Of a stretch of DNA of 64,000 bases, positions 59,491 to 64,000 are shown piece by piece. Numbering within the stretch: position 1 is the stretch's first letter; every line of letters starts with the position of its first letter. A program made the translations under genes and the position numbers. The stretch is from Thermoanaerobaculia bacterium (lineage in GTDB: Bacteria; Acidobacteriota; Thermoanaerobaculia; Multivoradales; Multivoraceae): contig OY761158.1 of assembly GCA_963664405.1 (NCBI GenBank), forward strand, positions 5,856,001 to 5,920,000. The letters are read 5' to 3'. Below the pieces are notes generated by a model that was not told the DNA's origin, made no database searches, and saw only the letters and a list, made by a program, of their open reading frames with translations.

Positions 59491-62094
59491 TCAGATCCCG
59501 ATTCTCTCGAGCTCGAAGAGCGGAGACTCGGCGCTCCGACCTCCGAGATCGACCTTCCCTTCGAGGCACCACAGAGTTTCCTCGTCGGGGTCGGCGAGAA
59601 CCTGGGTGACGCGCCAAGAGCGCGGATCGGTCTTTTCGATGCGCGTGAGGTGGGCTTGCCGAGCCCGGGCCGTGAAGTCGATCCGGCTGTGCTCGGCGAA
59701 GAACGGCTCGAGAGCCGAGGCGAGACTCTCCCCGCTCCAAGGCTCGCTGATTTCGCCCTGTCGAAGACAGAGGATTGCGTCTTCGTAGTCCCGATTGGAG
59801 AGGGCTCGTACCAACTGATGGAGCTCGGCGCGCACGCGAGCGGCGAAAGCCTTGGGGTCGCGCAAGAGCTGGTCATCGCGCAGCGCCTTCCGCATCATTT
59901 CAGCCTCTTCCTGCCTGGCCAGTCGGAGCTCGGGGTGGAGTAACCCCTCCCACTCCTCGATCAAGCTCGAGTCGGTGTGCTCCAAGGTTGTACGCAGGAA
60001 AGCTTCGATGTCGAAGAGTACTTCTTCCTTCGAGTTCTGAGGAACGCTCTGAGCGAGTGTCTTATAGAGCTGACTGAGATAGCGCAGCAGAACGCCCTCG
60101 CTGCGCTGGAGGCCATAGCGCCTCACGTAGTCGTTGAAGCCGGCGTAAGTCTCGAACATCTCGCGAGCGATCGATTTCGGGCGGATCGTCTCTCCGGCTA
60201 CCCACGGGTGTGCGCGTCGAAAGTGCGCGAAGCGCTCCCGAATGAACTCTTCATCCGGCTTCGGCCAACTCACTCGATCGAGGTGCTCTTTTCGCTCTTC
60301 CCAAGATAGCCCCTGGGCTTTCAGCTCCATTCGTACCTCGTCGCGCGCCTTGTCGGACTGCCGATAGAGCACAGCCGTTGGGTTCTCCATGATGGCCTCG
60401 GCGAGGGTGAGCAGATGGAGGCCGTACTCGGGGTCTTCTCGAGCGAGCTGCTCGATCGTTTCGACCAGGAACAGTGCGAGCGTCTGATGCAGCGAGAAGT
60501 TGAACTGGAGGTCCTCATTGACCACTACCCAGCGGTAGCTGCTCCTGGCGTCGCGGGTCAGGCCCAGGACGCCCGCGCGGTGAAGAGAGCGCGCCAGAAG
60601 CGCTGCCTCGCGAAGAAGCTCTTTCTTGCGCTGTGGGGTCTCATGGCAGTTCGCGATGAGGGCGCGGAGCGAATGAAAGTTGTCGCGCTGGGGATTGTCT
60701 GAGTCGGCATCGTGCTGGAGCAGGCTCAGCACCATGCTGTGGGAGACCCGAAAGCGCGACTCGAGGGTTTCGGGCATCCGTTGCTGCAGGTTTGCGAAAG
60801 TCTTTCTGCTCCAGGGCAGGAAGCGTTCTTTCGGAGGCTGCTTCTTGCGCCAGGTCTTGCGTTTGCCACGCTGCGATCGTGCTTTGCGCTCGCGACGGAG
60901 GTTCTCGATCACGTACTCGGGGGCCTGGCAGACCACCCACCCCTGGTCGTCGAATCCCTTACGCCCCGCTCGTCCTGCGATCTGCTTGAAATCCCTCACT
61001 TTGAGGATGATGGTCTCGGTTCCGTCGTACTTGCAGAGTTGCGTGAAAACCACGGTTCGGATCGGGATATTGACGCCGACGCCGAGAGTGTCGGTGCCGC
61101 AGATCACCTTGAGAAGACCCTTCTGAGACAACTGCTCGACGAGGAGTCGGTACTTCGGGAGCAGACCGGCGTGGTGGATTCCTACTCCGAAGCCGAGTAG
61201 GCGCCGCATATCCTTACCGTAGGGTGTGTCGAAGTGAAAGTCTCCGATTTGCGCGCGGACGGCTTTTCTTTCTTCCGCTGAATTGAGGCGCATGCTGGTG
61301 AGGCTCTGGGCGAGGTCAGCGCAGTCGCGCTGGGTGAAGCTGACAACGTAGGCGGGTGCGCGCTCCTGGGCGACCAGATCCTCGACCGTCTCGTGCAGGG
61401 GAGTCTCGCGATACTCGAATTCGAGGGGGACCGGCCGGTGCTCGGAGCTCACCACCACGGGCTCGCGCGAGGTCTGGCGACGGAGGTGGTCCTCGATTGC
61501 TCGAGTATTGCCCATCGTCGCGGACATGAGCAGGAATTGGGTGTTGGCGAGGGTGAGCAGGGGGATCTGCCAGGCCACGCCGCGATCGCGATCGTCGTAG
61601 TAGTGGAACTCGTCCATGACGACGTAAGGCGCCTCGAGGCGGTCGCCGAGGCGAAGGGAGAGGTTGGAGAGAATCTCGGCGGTGCAGCACACCACCGGCG
61701 CCGACGCGTTGATACTCGCATCGCCGGTCTGCATACCGACATTCTCGGCACCTAGATCGTCGCAGAGGGCGAAGAACTTCTCGCTGGCGAGGGCTTTGAC
61801 CGGAGAGGTGTAGTAGCAGCGCTTGCCTTCGCACAGCGCCCTGAAATGGAGCCCCAGTGCCACCATCGACTTGCCTGACCCGGTGGGGGTGTTCAGCAGC
61901 ACGTGGTTGTCCGCCAGAAGCGCCAGGAGAGCCTCTTCCTGCGCGTCGTAGAGCTCGAAACCTGAATCACTCGTCCAGGCGAGGAAGAGGTCGAGGATCT
62001 GCTCGGGGTCGTGGGTGCCGCCAGGTGGCACGCGGGAGGCGAGGGAAAGCTTCTGGGGGCCGTCGTCGGGGCGATCGGTTTCGAGAGGGGTCAT
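59491..62094 (-). CDS. Ski2-like DEAD/DEAH helicase with DUF3516-type C-terminus
   Basis: TPTGSGKS, PVKALASEK, MDEFH, MSAT, HHAGLLP, TDTLGVGVN.P, QIAGRAGR, RSEG.LLRYLS; start placed at MTPLET. Confidence 0.92.
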   Translation of the reverse strand: MTPLETDRPDDGPQKLSLASRVPPGGTHDPEQILDLFLAWTSDSGFELYDAQEEALLALLADNHVLLNTPTGSGKSMVALGLHFRALCEGKRCYYTSPVKALASEKFFALCDDLGAENVGMQTGDASINASAPVVCCTAEILSNLSLRLGDRLEAPYVVMDEFHYYDDRDRGVAWQIPLLTLANTQFLLMSATMGNTRAIEDHLRRQTSREPVVVSSEHRPVPLEFEYRETPLHETVEDLVAQERAPAYVVSFTQRDCADLAQSLTSMRLNSAEERKAVRAQIGDFHFDTPYGKDMRRLLGFGVGIHHAGLLPKYRLLVEQLSQKGLLKVICGTDTLGVGVNIPIRTVVFTQLCKYDGTETIILKVRDFKQIAGRAGRKGFDDQGWVVCQAPEYVIENLRRERKARSQRGKRKTWRKKQPPKERFLPWSRKTFANLQQRMPETLESRFRVSHSMVLSLLQHDADSDNPQRDNFHSLRALIANCHETPQRKKELLREAALLARSLHRAGVLGLTRDARSSYRWVVVNEDLQFNFSLHQTLALFLVETIEQLAREDPEYGLHLLTLAEAIMENPTAVLYRQSDKARDEVRMELKAQGLSWEERKEHLDRVSWPKPDEEFIRERFAHFRRAHPWVAGETIRPKSIAREMFETYAGFNDYVRRYGLQRSEGVLLRYLSQLYKTLAQSVPQNSKEEVLFDIEAFLRTTLEHTDSSLIEEWEGLLHPELRLARQEEAEMMRKALRDDQLLRDPKAFAARVRAELHQLVRALSNRDYEDAILCLRQGEISEPWSGESLASALEPFFAEHSRIDFTARARQAHLTRIEKTDPRSWRVTQVLADPDEETLWCLEGKVDLGGRSAESPLFELERIGI

Positions 62095-62550
62095 GGTGGA
62101 TGGCGAAAACGAGAACCGGTCGGCCCTCGAGTCGGTACTCTCAGGTCGATGAAGGTCGTCGCCGATCCTACATGTCGCAGGCGGGTGGCGATCTGATTCG
62201 TGCAAAAGTGCCTTGTATTCACTCTGCATTATTGCGCTGACGAAACGAGGAGGCCGCCGTGCGCTCGATGACTCTCGACGATAGGATTCCAGGTGACCCC
62301 GGACCCTCGTGGAACCCCGACACTGCGTAGCTTCGCAACCGCCCACGTCGACGCCGATTCGGTCCCCACGCCGTCTATACTCCCGCCGGGCTTCGACAAG
62401 CTCGGCGGTGTCGTCAACCGCGACTTCGCCGTCTTTTTCAACACTTGCGGCAGCGATGCCTTTCGCTCGGATCTGCACGTGCGCAACATGGCGGCGGCGC
62501 TTTGTGTGATACATGATTACTTTTCGTCAAATGAAAAAAGGACCAGTCCA

Positions 62551-63567
62551 ATGAACACTACATCCAACAAGAAAGCCCCCACAGACGAATACATAGTGCA
62601 TGGCGGAGCACGCAGTCTGTTCACGCGCAAGTTAACAGCGGCGCTGGATTTTTACGGCGCACGCTACCGTATCGAGCCGCGTGGGCCTTTTGCGGACGAC
62701 GTTCTCCAGGTCCGTGCCAATACCCACCAGATCCCGCTGATTCATACGCCTGAGGACTGGGTATTGGCCGATACAACGCCTATCCTGCGGCTGCTTGATG
62801 GTCGGTTCCCGGCGCGTCGGCTGTTTCCTGCCGGACCGCTTGGCGTATTGGTGAGTGTAGTCGAAGAAGTTCTTGATGAATGGGTTGCGCGGGTGATGGT
62901 GCATTATCGATGGCACAATCCTGAGAACGCTCTGTACGTGCTTTCGCAAGGCGCGGGACGCCAACTCACCCTCGACGAGTTAAAAGAGCACCCTGTATTC
63001 CATTGGGGGCCGCGCGCATGCCGAGCCACCGGTACCGAGCACCCGGCCCAGCAACAAACTGCGGAACGTGAATACCTGCGCATGCTTGACGCACTGGAAA
63101 CACAGCTTGGCTCGACGCGTTATGCGCTTGGCGACCGACCCTCAGCAGTCGATACCATCCTACTCGGTGGTCTGCGTGCTCACACCAACGCCGATCCCAT
63201 TCCCGATCTCAGTGGCTACACGCGGGTACTCGAATGGGAGGCTGAGTGCGAAAACGGCTGGGACGGCAAGGGAGAACTGGCACCTTTTCCACCCAGCACG
63301 CCTTTTGCGCAACACATGCTTGCCCTTACGCGAGATGAATACACCAAGTTCGTCAGTTCGAACGCTCACGCACTGGCAGCGGGTGAAAAGGTCTTTCAGA
63401 TCGAGACTTATGGTGAACTGACAACCTACCTTGCCCGAGAGTATCCAGAGCGCTCGCGGCGAATTTTGCAAACGCATGCCTATGACACGCTGAGCGAACA
63501 AGAGCGTAGCCAGGTTCTGGCATGGCTCGAGGATGAGAGGCTTACGGATATTCTCTATGAGAATTGA
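62551..63567 (+). CDS. Glutathione S-transferase-like protein
   Basis: SLFTRKL, QIP, LADTTPI, DEW...VHYRW, YALGDRPSAVD; AAGGA RBS. Confidence 0.82.
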   Translation: MNTTSNKKAPTDEYIVHGGARSLFTRKLTAALDFYGARYRIEPRGPFADDVLQVRANTHQIPLIHTPEDWVLADTTPILRLLDGRFPARRLFPAGPLGVLVSVVEEVLDEWVARVMVHYRWHNPENALYVLSQGAGRQLTLDELKEHPVFHWGPRACRATGTEHPAQQQTAEREYLRMLDALETQLGSTRYALGDRPSAVDTILLGGLRAHTNADPIPDLSGYTRVLEWEAECENGWDGKGELAPFPPSTPFAQHMLALTRDEYTKFVSSNAHALAAGEKVFQIETYGELTTYLAREYPERSRRILQTHAYDTLSEQERSQVLAWLEDERLTDILYEN

Positions 63568-63609
63568 AGTGTGAAGGCACTCGTTTCAGAGTCGGCACCT
63601 TAGACGACT

Positions 63610-64000
63610 TTACATATCGCAGGTCGGGAAGGCGCCAAGAGCCGCGGTCGTCGCCTGGATCGCACCAGGAGGATTGTCTTGTCCGTCTGTTGACTCCGGA
63701 GCCGGAGTAAAGAACGGTTGATTCAGTTGGTTGATGAACTTGCGCACGGTGCCGGTCACCGTATCGACGATGGTGATCTCGACCCGCACATTGGTCAGAC
63801 CGGCGATGAAGACCCAGAAGTTACGAAGTGGATGGCCATCCGGCAGCGTGCAGGTGTCTTTCATCTTGACCACGATCTCGACATTGCCGACTTCGAAGAA
63901 CTCGAAAGAGGCGGCAGAGTCGGTGAGCTTGAAGGCGCGAGCGTCGCCCATCGATCCGTCATTGGTCTCGAAGTGGATGGTGACCAGAAAGCGATCCAGC
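63610..64000 (-). CDS. C-terminal part of a secreted/surface protein (5'-partial)
   Basis: Open to the window edge; DRF.V...NVEIVVK..D.C...FWVFIAGLTNV.V.ITIVDT.TG resembles a domain I recall from Thermoanaerobaculia surface proteins. Confidence 0.7.
   Translation of the reverse strand, partial: LDRFLVTIHFETNDGSMGDARAFKLTDSAASFEFFEVGNVEIVVKMKDTCTLPDGHPLRNFWVFIAGLTNVRVEITIVDTVTGTVRKFINQLNQPFFTPAPESTDGQDNPPGAIQATTAALGAFPTCDM

Noticed and set aside
62095-62550. N-terminal extensions of the helicase (to 62514) and GST (from 62293)
   Set aside because: They overlap each other on opposite strands and lack family motifs; downstream starts fit better.

Overview
GC-rich bacterial chromosomal window with about 55 genes; no rRNA, tRNA or CRISPR array was seen. 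The 3'-terminal secreted-protein domain and overall gene content suggest Acidobacteriota (Thermoanaerobaculia-like) from a marine or sediment habitat (inference). The most notable signal is a selenoprotein that the ORF track splits in two. It is an iodothyronine-deiodinase-like gene (14603-15277, minus) with an in-frame TGA at the catalytic position (FGSYT-U-PPF), followed directly by a SECIS-like hairpin. It appears co-transcribed with a Tat-exported sulfatase and is bracketed by two convergent, paralogous, exported DUF3604-type metallohydrolases, with a third upstream. Other points of interest: a RAYT-type HUH transposase with downstream hairpins; a 179-bp MITE-like element with 25-bp perfect inverted ends; a degenerate heptamer array in a divergent promoter region; and an XRE-TPR-secreted protein operon with a clear sigma70 promoter and palindromic operator. 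The window also holds a decapitated alternative complex III operon, a cp-ATP-grasp/alpha-E/transglutaminase operon, and several gene fragments and homopolymer frameshifts (real decay or long-read errors). All calls come from reading motifs by eye; no searches were run.
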